The notes below the pieces were generated by a model. It had not been told where the DNA came from and ran no database searches. It saw nothing but the letters and a program-made list of their open reading frames with translations. From Candidatus Sungiibacteriota bacterium (GTDB lineage: Bacteria > Patescibacteriota > Minisyncoccia > Sungbacterales > HO2-52-23): 64,000 bases of DNA. The DNA lies in the NCBI GenBank assembly GCA_016180435.1, contig JACPBG010000003.1, positions 77,791-141,790 of the forward strand, given 5' to 3'. The translations under genes were made by a program, and so were the position numbers. The stretch's first letter is position 1. Each line of letters begins with the position of its first letter. Positions 1 to 9,317 of the stretch are shown here, in pieces.

Positions 1-114
1 CCCAATATTGTGGCGCGTGCCGAGGAATTTATCCCCCGGATTGCCAAGACCAACGATAAGAATCATGGTTTTATTCTACGAAATTACCTGCCCGCCATAT
101 GCCTGTCTAATTAG
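1..114 (+). CDS. 3' end of an unidentified upstream gene (partial)
   Basis: Frame 1 is open from the window edge to TAG at 112-114; family A repeat follows. No recognisable motifs. Confidence 0.25.
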   Translation, partial: PNIVARAEEFIPRIAKTNDKNHGFILRNYLPAICLSN

Positions 115-194
115 TAAAGATGCTGTTCCAATCCCCACAGAGTATGGAGCTTTATCCTTACTTCCGGCACAGGCGTATGGCAGGCGGGCGAACA

Positions 195-279
195 AATACG
201 AAAATACGAAAAACTATTACACTTGTTTAAAACTCATCTTAACTGTTCGTATTTTCGTACACTTTCGTACTTTCGTAGG
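195..279. repeat. Family A ('tacgaa' iteron) palindromic element
   Basis: aatacgaaaatacgaaaaac ... gttcgtattttcgtacactttcgtactttcgtagg; inverted arrays of TACGAA iterons. Confidence 0.7.
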
Positions 280-328
280 AAATATTTAGTATTTGCCTAT
301 CGCTTTTTTTTCAAGTATAATCCAAATT

Positions 329-934
329 ATGGTTGAAAGCAATGAAGAAGAGAAGTTTGGCGAATTTACGCCAGATGCGCATGGCGTGGGCGGGGGGCTT
401 TGGGATGTTACCAAGGTTATTATAACCTCGATTTTAATTGTCCTTCCTATTCGATATTTCATAATCCAGCCTTTTATTGTGCGCGGAGCGTCTATGGATC
501 CAAATTTTGAGGATCGGCAATACCTGATTGTAGACGAGGTGTCATATTATTTTCGCGAACCCGAGCGGGGAGAAGTTATTATTTTTCATTATCCCCGCGA
601 CCCCCGACAATATTTCATTAAGCGAATTGTCGGCCTGCCCGGAGACACTCTGGAATTTACCGGCGGCCGGGTTAAGATTACTAATAAGGCGTATCAAGAG
701 GGATTTACGTTTGAAGAACCGTATCTTATGCCCCCCGATCGCCCCACCGGACCATATATGCGTATAACTCTTGGCGAAGATGAATATTTCGTGTTAGGCG
801 ATAACCGGGACGCAAGTTCTGATTCAAGAGTCTGGGGAGTTTTGCGGCGTGAGCTTATTGTCGGACGCGCCTTTTTCCGGGCACTGCCCCCCAAGAAGTT
901 CGGATTTGTGCCGGACTATTCCGTGGCGTATTAA
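329..934 (+). CDS. lepB: Signal peptidase I (S26 family)
   Basis: GASMDPNF (catalytic Ser box) and GDNRDASSDSRVWG (box E); N-terminal TM segment. ATG at 329; the ORF track alternative is 293. Confidence 0.85.
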   Translation: MVESNEEEKFGEFTPDAHGVGGGLWDVTKVIITSILIVLPIRYFIIQPFIVRGASMDPNFEDRQYLIVDEVSYYFREPERGEVIIFHYPRDPRQYFIKRIVGLPGDTLEFTGGRVKITNKAYQEGFTFEEPYLMPPDRPTGPYMRITLGEDEYFVLGDNRDASSDSRVWGVLRRELIVGRAFFRALPPKKFGFVPDYSVAY

Positions 935-1098
935 GCAATGATGCCAATCCCATGCGAATTTAATGCTAATCTACAAATTGCTAATAATTATTCTTCGAGT
1001 TAAATCGAGAAGATACCTTAAATGTATATTCTCGACAAGCTCGAATAGTAACGATTCGCAATTCGCCAGATTGGCATTAGATTTGTAGATTGGCATCG
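935..1098. repeat. Family B ('gccaatc') palindromic element, long variant
   Basis: gcaatgatgccaatcccatgcgaatttaatgc...ttcttcgagttaaatcgaga...gattggcatc; terminal inverted repeats tgatgccaatc/gattggcatca. Confidence 0.8.
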
Positions 1099-1104
1099 CT
1101 GCAC

Positions 1105-2472
1105 ATGTCTAAACAAAAATCATCGGAAAAAGATATCATCGCTTCTTTGGACCGTTTGCCGGCGCGTGAGGAGATTTATGAAAATCTGCAAAAAAAATTC
1201 GGATCTTTGGCGGAATATTACGGGTTTGAATTGATTTTTACTCCGCCCATCGAGCATTATCGTCAGTATCTGCCTTTGATAAGGGGAGGGTATATGGATG
1301 AGCGAATTCCGGTACAGTGCCGTTGCCGTCCCGGTAGTGATTATGTGCTTCGTGTGTCCGGCATTCTTTCGGCTCTTCGCGCCTATATTTCCCATAAGAT
1401 GAGTGATGGGCCGCAGCCGGTTAAGCTTGTTTTTGAGGGAGATGTTTTTTTTGCCGAATCCAAGCGCGAGGACGCTATCAAGTCGCGCTACGAATGCGGT
1501 TTGCTGATAGCGGGCGAGGAGGGGCCGGTTGCCGCCGCCGAGATAGTGCAGATTTTCTGGAAGATTTTAGACGGTATCGGTGTTGATCTGCGAGAGCTTG
1601 AACTTCGGGTAAATGCCATTGGCTGCGCATCTTGTTATCCGTCTTTTCGTTCCTCGCTGGCATCTTATTTCCGTTCGCGCGCTTCGCGTCTTTGCCGCAG
1701 TTGCCGCAAAGCCGCCAAATCGCATCCGGTGAGGGCCTTGTCGTGTGCGGATGAAAAATGCAAGATGTTTGCAAAACATGCCCCGCAAGTTCTTGATTTT
1801 TTGTGCGACCAGTGCAAAAAACAGTTGCGCGGATTCCTTGAATTTTTGGATGAGCTGAAAGTCCCTTATTATCTGGATCCGCGTTTTTTCCGGGATGGAC
1901 TTTGGTTCAATACCTTGATTTTTGAATTTTCCGGAAAGGCCAAGGAAAAACCGGTTAGTGCCGTTGCGGTCGAAGGCGGCGGCGCCGAAGATGTGGCGGG
2001 CGGTGATAATAATGATGTATCTGCCGAGGAGCACGAAGGCGCGATTGTAATTGGCGAGGGCGGAGGATGCACCAAAGCCGCCGAACTTCTTTCCGGCAAA
2101 CGGGTTGAGGCAGTCGGGTTTGAACTGTATATTGATCGTTTAATAATGTTTTTATCGCGCCGCCGGCTGGTTGATTCCAAAAAACCCATGGTGTTTCTTA
2201 CGCATCTTGGTGATTTGGCCAAGCGTAAAAGCCTGGCTTTAATGGAGACCTTGCGCGGCGGAGGGATAGAAGTAAAGGAATCGTTGGGCCGCGATTCTAT
2301 CAAATCACAGCTTAAACTTGCGGAAAAAGCCGAGGCGAAATTCGCGCTTATTATGGGACAGAAAGAGGCGCTGGACGATACGATTATTGTGCGGGAAGTC
2401 GGGTCCGGTATTCAGGAAACGATTCCGCAGGAAAAATTGATAGAATTTTTGAAAGCCAAGTTAAAAAAGTAA
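1105..2472 (+). CDS. Histidyl-tRNA synthetase-like class II aaRS (divergent, with Cys-rich insertion)
   Basis: Class II core; GGG...AVGFELYIDRL (HisRS motif-3-like); C-terminal HisRS-type anticodon-binding domain (MVFLTHLGD...ALIMGQKE). Four CxxC pairs inserted at aa 180-245. Confidence 0.6.
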   Translation: MSKQKSSEKDIIASLDRLPAREEIYENLQKKFGSLAEYYGFELIFTPPIEHYRQYLPLIRGGYMDERIPVQCRCRPGSDYVLRVSGILSALRAYISHKMSDGPQPVKLVFEGDVFFAESKREDAIKSRYECGLLIAGEEGPVAAAEIVQIFWKILDGIGVDLRELELRVNAIGCASCYPSFRSSLASYFRSRASRLCRSCRKAAKSHPVRALSCADEKCKMFAKHAPQVLDFLCDQCKKQLRGFLEFLDELKVPYYLDPRFFRDGLWFNTLIFEFSGKAKEKPVSAVAVEGGGAEDVAGGDNNDVSAEEHEGAIVIGEGGGCTKAAELLSGKRVEAVGFELYIDRLIMFLSRRRLVDSKKPMVFLTHLGDLAKRKSLALMETLRGGGIEVKESLGRDSIKSQLKLAEKAEAKFALIMGQKEALDDTIIVREVGSGIQETIPQEKLIEFLKAKLKK

Positions 2473-2562
2473 AACACACGAATCCACAAATGTTTACACT
2501 AATCCACGAATCACGAATAGTTTATTCGTGGATTCGTATGAGTCGTTTGTGGATTAGTGTGA
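2473..2562. repeat. Family C ('atccacaaat/cgtggatt') palindromic element
   Basis: aacacacgaatccacaaatg...cacgaatcacgaat...attcgtggattcgt...ggattagtgtgac. Confidence 0.75.
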
Positions 2563-2568
2563 CGGCGC

Positions 2569-2916
2569 ATGCCTAATTGTCTTTTCTGTAAAATCGCATC
2601 CGGTGAAATTCCGTCCGAAACATTCTATGAAGACAAGGATGTCCGTGTTTTTAAAGATATAAACCCCAAGGCCCCGGTGCATTTACTGGTGGTTCCCAAA
2701 GTGCATATTCAGTCAATCGCCCATCTGGAAACAAACCATAGCGATGTTATTACCAAAATAATTTATATTGCCAAACGTACGGCCGCAGATAGGGGCTTGA
2801 CCGGATATAAATTAGTGTTTAATGTCGGTAAAGAAGGAGGGCAGGTGATTGACCATTTGCATCTGCATCTGCTTGGCGGGTGGGGAAGTAAGGAGGAGAA
2901 AAAAGTTGACGTATAG
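2569..2916 (+). CDS. HIT-family (histidine triad) hydrolase
   Basis: HLHLHLLGG histidine triad motif. Confidence 0.85.
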   Translation: MPNCLFCKIASGEIPSETFYEDKDVRVFKDINPKAPVHLLVVPKVHIQSIAHLETNHSDVITKIIYIAKRTAADRGLTGYKLVFNVGKEGGQVIDHLHLHLLGGWGSKEEKKVDV

Positions 2917-2984
2917 TTTTACGAAATACGGATCAGTACGAATGTACGAATTCGTAAATTCGTAAAAATTCGTATTTCGTAAAG
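2917..2984. repeat. Family A element
   Basis: ttttacgaaatacggatcagtacgaatgtacgaattcgtaaattcgtaaaaattcgtatttcgtaaag, followed by tc + ATG of rpsU. Confidence 0.8.
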
Positions 2985-2986
2985 TC

Positions 2987-3211
2987 ATGGTGGAGATCCG
3001 TAAAAAAGAAGGAGAAACTCAAGGCGCATTTTTGCGCAGGTTTTCGCGTTCCATGCAGCGCTCCGGGGTTTTGATCCGCGCGCGGGGAAATCAGTTTTAT
3101 GAAGCCAAGCCCACGAAGCGCGTGATGAAAGAGAGGGCTTTAAGGAGAATTGCGGCTGGTAAGGAAAGAGAACGGCTGGATAAATTGGGAAAGTTGACGA
3201 AGGAGGAATAA
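2987..3211 (+). CDS. rpsU: 30S ribosomal protein S21
   Basis: GAFLRRFSRSMQRSGVLIRARGNQFYEAKPTKRVMKERA matches the S21 family signature. Confidence 0.85.
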   Translation: MVEIRKKEGETQGAFLRRFSRSMQRSGVLIRARGNQFYEAKPTKRVMKERALRRIAAGKERERLDKLGKLTKEE

Positions 3212-3645
3212 TTTGTCGGGGCGGTTTTCGTCCCGACTTTAAAAAAGACGCTCAGCGGAATAATCCTTAAATTTTTAAACCCTCGCTTCGCTAAGCGTAC
3301 GGGCCGCAACAAATTTTAGAATATTACATACTTCGTATTATCAGCGGCCCTCCCGATTCTTTTTAAAAGTCGGGACTCAACCGCGCATTCATGATGGGTG
3401 AGTATGGGGTTTGCTCATTGTATACGCTTTACTCCGCACCAAATTTTGACTGCCGTTTTAGTTTCAATCAAAGCAAGATGAACATCCATTCATGATATGA
3501 AATATTTACCGGTGGTTAAGCTTTAAGTACAGAAACTGTCAAAATTTTAGTGACGGGGCTTGCGGCGTTTTTTGTTTGTTTGACTTTTAGGGCCGTGACT
3601 ATATACTTAAAATAGTTTTTTTATTTTTCAAACAGAGGTGTTTTT

Positions 3646-4206
3646 ATGAATAGGAAAGTTCTTGGAATGCTTTGCGCTGTAATGGTTTTGGCCTTTGCAC
3701 CGTTGGCATACAGCCAGAATGTAGTGGAGATGAAGGGCGAGCAAGATTTCATGACCTGGGTAAGCGGTTTAAAGCTTGAGGCCGGGGGAGATGTGTATAA
3801 CCCAGCACTTAAAGAAACTAAACTAATTTATCCTGTTAAAATGAAAGTTATTATCGTACCCCAATTGATACGTGCCTCATTCAGTACCCAGGTATCATTT
3901 CAGAGTCATTCGGAACGATATACAGTAATTCTTACTGGTTTCGGCATGAACATCCCTTTTGAGGGGTCAGAACTAAGGGGACAAATAAACCCGCTTTTTT
4001 TCTTAGAGCTTGAAACATCACTTTTGAAATCCGAACATTTTGACTCATTACTTGAATCAAGTCGGAAGTTTATACCCATAGAAATTCAAGGGTATGTGGG
4101 TTTACAAGATCAGTTGAAGTTGGAAAAAAGCAAGGACTATCCGGGGAGTTTTGAGATACGAGTAAAGCTTCGTCCTACATTAATAAACGGCAAACCGTTG
4201 CCGTAA
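3646..4206 (+). CDS. Hypothetical secreted protein
   Basis: N-terminal signal peptide MNRKVLGMLCAVMVLAFAPLAYSQ; GAGGTG 8 nt upstream. Confidence 0.5.
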   Translation: MNRKVLGMLCAVMVLAFAPLAYSQNVVEMKGEQDFMTWVSGLKLEAGGDVYNPALKETKLIYPVKMKVIIVPQLIRASFSTQVSFQSHSERYTVILTGFGMNIPFEGSELRGQINPLFFLELETSLLKSEHFDSLLESSRKFIPIEIQGYVGLQDQLKLEKSKDYPGSFEIRVKLRPTLINGKPLP

Positions 4207-4247
4207 TCATAATCTCGGAGGAATTACGCATTCCTTCGTTTTTTTGT

Positions 4248-4829
4248 TTGACAAAAATAAACGGATTTGATATAAGGTTATCAGGTCTTAATAAAGGAAT
4301 ACCGATGAATTTGACCGATATGACAATGAATTGGCTTATCTGGCTGGTAGCACAGTGGTGGTTTTATCCCGCAGCGTTTTATTATCTGTTTTTCGGCGCT
4401 TTGTTTGGGTCGTTGAATTACTGGGTCGCGCAGGAAACAGACCAATATCCTTACTGGCTGCGATTCCTTTTGTATCCCGTGGCAACTGTTTTACGCGAGG
4501 GTTGGTGGGATGGCGCGGTAGCTCCTTCCCATAAGCCAATTGTCAGAACATACGTTAATTTTGCCTCGGCGACTACGGTGAGTTATACTAATCATTCAGA
4601 GGCCATATGCATAGTCGTGTATAGTCTTTTCTGGACGCTAAAGGTTCTGTTTAATTTATCTGTTTTGGTAGTCATATTCACGGTGGGTATACTGGTATGT
4701 GTGTATGCGTTCATCGCGATTGGTGTTTGTAAAGCTTTGGACGGCATTGCAGATATTATGATGACTGGCATATCAGTCGCATTTCGGGCTGTCCGCCCGA
4801 CCTCTGAAGTTGATAAAAACGCGCCATAA
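4248..4829 (+). CDS. Hypothetical integral membrane protein
   Basis: Several hydrophobic helices; followed by a rho-independent terminator. Confidence 0.4.
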   Translation: MTKINGFDIRLSGLNKGIPMNLTDMTMNWLIWLVAQWWFYPAAFYYLFFGALFGSLNYWVAQETDQYPYWLRFLLYPVATVLREGWWDGAVAPSHKPIVRTYVNFASATTVSYTNHSEAICIVVYSLFWTLKVLFNLSVLVVIFTVGILVCVYAFIAIGVCKALDGIADIMMTGISVAFRAVRPTSEVDKNAP

Positions 4830-4843
4830 CGTCGGTTCCATTT

Positions 4844-4869
4844 GCCGGAATTTTCTTCCGGCTTTTTTA
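4844..4869 (+). terminator. Rho-independent terminator
   Basis: gccggaattttcttccggc followed by tttttt. Confidence 0.7.
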
Positions 4870-4895
4870 ATCCAAAGCTGTTTATTATTTGTATA

Positions 4896-4929
4896 CTGTA
4901 GAGCAATTTTCACTAATTCGCGATCGCGA
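4896..4929. repeat. Perfect 34-bp palindrome
   Basis: ttttcactaattcgcgatcgcgaattagtgaaaa. Confidence 0.6.
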
Positions 4930-4972
4930 ATTAGTGAAAATTGATGGAAATCAAAATAGTGTTCGGCGCAAA

Positions 4973-4999
4973 TAAAAAAAATCCGAGGAAAGGTCCTCG
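4973..4999 (-). terminator. Rho-independent terminator for the minus-strand gene 5006..5611
   Basis: Minus strand reads caccgaggacctttcctcgg followed by tttttttt. Confidence 0.7.
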
Positions 5000-5005
5000 G
5001 TGTGA

Positions 5006-5611
5006 TTATGATTTGGTTTTTCGCGGTTTGTGAGTGCGAAATACTACCGTGGGGCGCAGTGCCAAGTAAAGCTCTTTTGCTTTTTTGCCGCGCGGGTTCA
5101 GGCGGTAATATTTATGGAATGCCGTGGCTGACAAAAATACTCGCCAGAGAAGGAATGCCTGTAAGAGCTTGTCTTTGGATTTATCTTCAGTAAAGATTTT
5201 CAGGTCTTTATACGCCCACTCCGCATATTGGCAGAGTTTGAGATAGGAGCGCACGAATTTTTGCACCGCTCGGCGAGTTTCTGGAGGATACGTCTCGCCC
5301 AGAATAAGATTTTTCGTATCCCGCGTAGTTTTTGAATCAGCGAGACGTTTTTTTGCTTCGTCTAGCCATTTTCCGGTCTCGAGTGAATAATCGACTCCAT
5401 CCCGTTTCGCCTGCCGAAGGATTCTTTTCTCGAATTCTTCGATCTTCATACGGACGGGTGTGGTTTTCATTTCGTTCCACGCTTCCTCAATATTGCGGAG
5501 TGCTTTTTGAATCACTGTCAGTTTCGTCGCATATACAACCTGCCCCTCGCCACTTCCTATTCCCATGATTCCCCCCCTTATTTTTTGGATGTTATCAGGA
5601 TCTATGTGCAT
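5006..5611 (-). CDS. Hypothetical protein
   Basis: 201-aa ORF bracketed by terminators; no recognised motif. Confidence 0.5.
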   Translation of the reverse strand: MHIDPDNIQKIRGGIMGIGSGEGQVVYATKLTVIQKALRNIEEAWNEMKTTPVRMKIEEFEKRILRQAKRDGVDYSLETGKWLDEAKKRLADSKTTRDTKNLILGETYPPETRRAVQKFVRSYLKLCQYAEWAYKDLKIFTEDKSKDKLLQAFLLWRVFLSATAFHKYYRLNPRGKKAKELYLALRPTVVFRTHKPRKTKS

Positions 5612-5692
5612 AGTATATAATCACCGGAAATAAGTCAATTGTTTGTTGGGGTTTGTTTTGACTTTTTGGTATTTATTATGTATCAAGAAGAT

Positions 5693-6172
5693 ATGTTGGA
5701 AAAAATTCAAAATGATATTAAAGATGCGATGCGGGCGCATGATGAACTTAAATTATCGGTTCTGCGGATGTTATCGGCTGCGATTCATAACCGCGAAATT
5801 GAGAAGAAATCCAGGGGCGGGGAGGCAGTTTTAACTGATGACGAAATTATCGCGGTTATCCGTTCTGAAGTGAAAAAACGGCGCGACGCGGTTGAGGGTT
5901 TTACTAAAGGCGGGAGAATGAATATGGCGGAGAAAGAGCAGATGGAGTCAAAAATTTTGGAAAGTTATATGCCGCAGGAATCGGCGGATGAGGAAATAGA
6001 AAAAATAGTGAAAGAGGTTATCGCATCAATGAGTGAGGATATAATAAAGCCCTTCGACCAGGCTCAGGGTAAAAATTTTGGTAAAATAATGGGTGCGGTG
6101 ATGAAAAAAATCGGGGGATTGGCATCGGGAGACAAGGTCAAGGCGGTGGTAGAAAAATTTTTGGTAAAATAG
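5693..6172 (+). CDS. GatB/YqeY-domain protein
   Basis: MLEKIQNDIKDAMRAHD...SVLRML; C-terminal GatB_Yqey-like region. Confidence 0.7.
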   Translation: MLEKIQNDIKDAMRAHDELKLSVLRMLSAAIHNREIEKKSRGGEAVLTDDEIIAVIRSEVKKRRDAVEGFTKGGRMNMAEKEQMESKILESYMPQESADEEIEKIVKEVIASMSEDIIKPFDQAQGKNFGKIMGAVMKKIGGLASGDKVKAVVEKFLVK

Positions 6173-6177
6173 AATTT

Positions 6178-6549
6178 ATGTCGAATAAACTGTTGCAAAG
6201 GATAAAAAAAAATCTTCCGGCCGCTGTTCGCATTAAGCTACCCCGTAAGGTAGCTATTATTAGCATCGAAGAAAAAGAATCCAGGGAATTAAACCTGGCT
6301 TATCGTGATAAAAATAAACCCGCCAATGTTTTATCCTTCCTTTATAGCCCTGAATATGGTGAAATAATTGTATGTCCGGCGGTTATCCGAAAAGAGGCAA
6401 AAGAGCAAAGAAATACGTATAGATACCAGATGACATGGATGATTGTGCATGGTATTATACATCTTGCGGGGATTCACCATGAGAAATCAGAAATTATGCG
6501 TAAAAAATTTGAGCGTATCGAAAGAAGTGCTCTCGGCAAATTATTCTAA
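6178..6549 (+). CDS. ybeY: rRNA maturation endoribonuclease YbeY
   Basis: HGIIHLAGIHHE zinc-binding H..H.....H motif. Confidence 0.8.
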   Translation: MSNKLLQRIKKNLPAAVRIKLPRKVAIISIEEKESRELNLAYRDKNKPANVLSFLYSPEYGEIIVCPAVIRKEAKEQRNTYRYQMTWMIVHGIIHLAGIHHEKSEIMRKKFERIERSALGKLF

Positions 6550-6667
6550 TTGTTCTAATTATTCTAATTGATCCAAATAAATCTACAATTTTCAATGTCC
6601 AAATTAGACATTAGTCATTGAGTATTGATTAGAATAATTAGGTCAATTAGGTTAATTAGAATAATTT
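6550..6667. repeat. Family D ('ctaatt/aattag') palindromic element
   Basis: ttgttctaattattctaattgatcc...attagaataattaggtcaattaggttaattagaataatt. Confidence 0.75.
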
Positions 6668-6672
6668 TGAAC

Positions 6673-7914
6673 GTGTCTCGTAACATCATCACAGCTTTAG
6701 ATGTCGGTACATCCACGGTGCAGGCCGTGATTGCCGAGAAACGCCGCGGCGAAGACAGCCCGCGTATTTTGGGCATTGGTATTTCTCCATCGCACGGGGT
6801 AAGGCGCGGAGTGGTGGTGGATTGCGATGATGCAAGTGCCGCAATCCAGGCCGCCATGGAAGATGCCCGAAAGGCAGCCGGAGTCCAAACGCGCTCGGTT
6901 TGGGTGACTGTGGGCGGCGCGCATGTTTCCGTTTCTTCTTCCCGTGGAATTATTGCGGTGTCGCGCGCGGACGGCGAAATTTCGCCCGAGGATGTGGGAC
7001 GCGCCATTGCCGCGGCCGAGACCTTTATCCCTAAAAATCCGAACCGTGAAATTTTGCATATGATTCCACGCGATTTCAGGGTGGATGCGGAGGCGGGTAT
7101 TAAAGATCCTATTGGAATGCATGGCGTGCGGCTGGAGGTGGATACCCTGATTATTGATTGTTCTCGGCCGTTTTTAAAAAATCTATTCAAATGTGTGGAG
7201 GGCGCCGGACTTAAAATCGTAGATTATGTGTTTTCGCCATTGGCCGCCGCTGAAGTTGTGCTTACCAAAAGGCAGAAAGAACTTGGATCAATGGTGCTGG
7301 ATATCGGAGGAGGTACCGCAAGCTTTATGGTGTTTGAGGAGGGGGTGCCGATACATGCCGGCGTTTTGCCGATTGGAGGCGGGCATATTACCAATGATGT
7401 TGCGATTGGGTTTCGTACAGATGTGGATGTGGCCGAAAAAATAAAGTTGGTATACGGGTCATGCCTTTCGGTGGAACTTCCCAAGCGCGAGAATATACGG
7501 CTGGCCGAATTTGTGGAGGGGGAATCGGCGCTTTATTCGCGTCGGGAACTTGCCGAGATTATAGAAGCCCGGCTCCGGGACATTTTTGAACTTCTGCAAA
7601 AGGAGCTTCGTAAAATTAATCGTGCAGCGCTTCTTCCGGGAGGAGTGGTGGTGGTGGGCGGATCAGCCGCCACCCGGGGCTTGATTGATTTGACCAAGCG
7701 CGAGATGAAACTGCCGGTTGCTATTGGTGTTCCGCAGGGATTTGAGATATCGGATGAAGAAAAGGCGTCCGCATTTTCCGCGGCTTTGGGTGTTGTGCGC
7801 TGGGCATATGCTAAAGGAGGCGGGGGCGATGGAGGGATTTGGTTGCGGGGCCGTAAATTAGGCGATTTTTCCGGAGACAAAATAATGAGCTGGTTTAAAT
7901 CGTTTTTACCATAG
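6673..7914 (+). CDS. ftsA: Cell division protein FtsA
   Basis: Actin-like ATPase: ITALDVGTS, LDIGGGTASF, GGGHITNDVA; C-terminal amphipathic helix. Start probably GTG/TTG at 6667-6673; the track ATG at 6625 lies inside the family D repeat. Confidence 0.8.
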   Translation: MSRNIITALDVGTSTVQAVIAEKRRGEDSPRILGIGISPSHGVRRGVVVDCDDASAAIQAAMEDARKAAGVQTRSVWVTVGGAHVSVSSSRGIIAVSRADGEISPEDVGRAIAAAETFIPKNPNREILHMIPRDFRVDAEAGIKDPIGMHGVRLEVDTLIIDCSRPFLKNLFKCVEGAGLKIVDYVFSPLAAAEVVLTKRQKELGSMVLDIGGGTASFMVFEEGVPIHAGVLPIGGGHITNDVAIGFRTDVDVAEKIKLVYGSCLSVELPKRENIRLAEFVEGESALYSRRELAEIIEARLRDIFELLQKELRKINRAALLPGGVVVVGGSAATRGLIDLTKREMKLPVAIGVPQGFEISDEEKASAFSAALGVVRWAYAKGGGGDGGIWLRGRKLGDFSGDKIMSWFKSFLP

Positions 7915-8083
7915 ATCATGAACAGAACGTCTTAGCAATTTTTGTCAGCTGCCTGGTTTTTCTGGGCGGTTTTGAATTATCTCGGACTCTTGTTGTTTAA
8001 ACTATGTGGATAAGGGGTGGAATATATGTGTTTTTGTCAACTTGCCAGAGAAATAAGTGTGTGCTACCTTGAGGGCGGAAATG

Positions 8084-8196
8084 CAATGATGCCAATCCAC
8101 AAATTTTATGCCAATTTAGCGAATTGCGAATAAATTTTAACAGATGTATATTCGCAATTTGTAGATTAGCATTAAATTCGCATCGGATTGGCATCA
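8084..8196. repeat. Family B element
   Basis: caatgatgccaatccacaaattttatgccaatttagcgaattgcgaat...gcattaaattcgcatcggattggcatca. Confidence 0.8.
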
Positions 8197-8201
8197 CATT
8201 T

Positions 8202-9305
8202 ATGCCTCAATTAAAACCCGACATAGAGTCATACGCGCGTATCAAGGTGGTTGGAGTCGGAGGCGGTGGAGGAAAAGCCATAACGCGCATGATTGACCAT
8301 AAAACCAATGGGGTTGATTTTATTAGCATAAATACCGACGCGCAGGATCTTCATTTCACTAAAGCCAAAACCAAAATTCATATCGGAAAAAATCTCACCA
8401 AAGGACTTGGCGCGGGCATGAATCCGGAAATCGGCAGGCAGGCGGCCGAGGAAAATCGCGATGAGATCCATGAGATATTGAAAGGCGCGGACATGGTGTT
8501 TTTAACCTGCGGTCTGGGAGGAGGAACCGGAACCGGAGCATCTCCCATTGTGGCTGAAGTTGCGCAGGATGCCGGTGCGCTGGTGATAGGAGTTGTAACC
8601 AGGCCCTTTAGTTTTGAGGGCGCGCAGCGCGGAAAAATAGCGGAAGAGGGATGGCATAAATTAAAAGATCGCGTGGATGCGCTGATCACAATACAAAATG
8701 ATCGCCTGCTTAATGTAATTACCAAAGACACCTCGCTTTTGAATGCGTTTGTGATTTGTGATGATGTATTGCGCCAGGCCGTGCAGGGAATTGCGGATTT
8801 GATCATTACTCCCGGAGTGATTAATGTGGATTTTGCGGATGTCCGAGCCATTATGCAGGATGCCGGATCCGCGCTTATGGGCGTGGGATTCGGAACTGGA
8901 GAGGACCGAGCGGTTACTGCGGCTAAATCCGCAGTCGGATCGCCTTTGCTTGAACTTTCCATAAACGGCGCGCGCGGGGTATTATTCAATATTTCGGGCG
9001 GATCGGATCTTACTATGTGGGAGATCAATGAGGCAGCCAAAGTGATTACCGAATCCATTGATCGCGAGGCCAAAGTTATTTTCGGGGCGGTGGAGGACGA
9101 GCGCCTGAAAAAAGGGGAAATTAAAATTACCGTGATTGCCACCGGATTTAATCCGAACAACGGAAACAATAATAATTTGCGCCTGCCTTTGCATCGGGAT
9201 GAAAAACAAGAGCCAAAAAAAACAGGGCAGGCGGAGAAACAACCGCAGTTGGAGGATAATGAATGGGATGCCGTGCCGGCCTTTTTGCGGAGAAAAGGGA
9301 AGTGA
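8202..9305 (+). CDS. ftsZ: Cell division GTPase FtsZ
   Basis: GVGGGGGKA and the tubulin signature GGGTGTGASP; ATG at 8202 immediately after the B element. Confidence 0.9.
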   Translation: MPQLKPDIESYARIKVVGVGGGGGKAITRMIDHKTNGVDFISINTDAQDLHFTKAKTKIHIGKNLTKGLGAGMNPEIGRQAAEENRDEIHEILKGADMVFLTCGLGGGTGTGASPIVAEVAQDAGALVIGVVTRPFSFEGAQRGKIAEEGWHKLKDRVDALITIQNDRLLNVITKDTSLLNAFVICDDVLRQAVQGIADLIITPGVINVDFADVRAIMQDAGSALMGVGFGTGEDRAVTAAKSAVGSPLLELSINGARGVLFNISGGSDLTMWEINEAAKVITESIDREAKVIFGAVEDERLKKGEIKITVIATGFNPNNGNNNNLRLPLHRDEKQEPKKTGQAEKQPQLEDNEWDAVPAFLRRKGK

Positions 9306-9317
9306 TACTCGGTACTA

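Noticed and set aside
8-289. 93-aa ORF at the window start
   Set aside because: It runs through a family A palindrome and has no motif. Only the first 114 nt (open to the window edge) may be a real gene 3' end.
6615-7190. Numerous antisense or overlapping ORFs inside well-supported genes (e.g. 6615..7190-, 8378..9169-, 17466..17978-, 18139..18891+, 28013..28486-, 33166..33588-, 35323..35670-, 43173..43679-, 53097..53438+)
   Set aside because: They lie wholly within genes that have strong homology on the other strand or frame and lack motifs. They are treated as frame artefacts.
8124-8201. ORF-track N-terminal extensions that begin inside repeat elements (ftsZ 8124, ftsA 6625, rpsL 25429, tuf 31768, rplB 36676, rplV 38084, rpmC 40012, atpH 60491, rnhA 56040, pgk 53700, cdd 22894, comEC 10220)
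   Set aside because: The extensions are translated from palindromic repeat DNA or overlap the upstream gene. Conserved N-termini of the orthologous proteins begin at the internal ATG given in the features.
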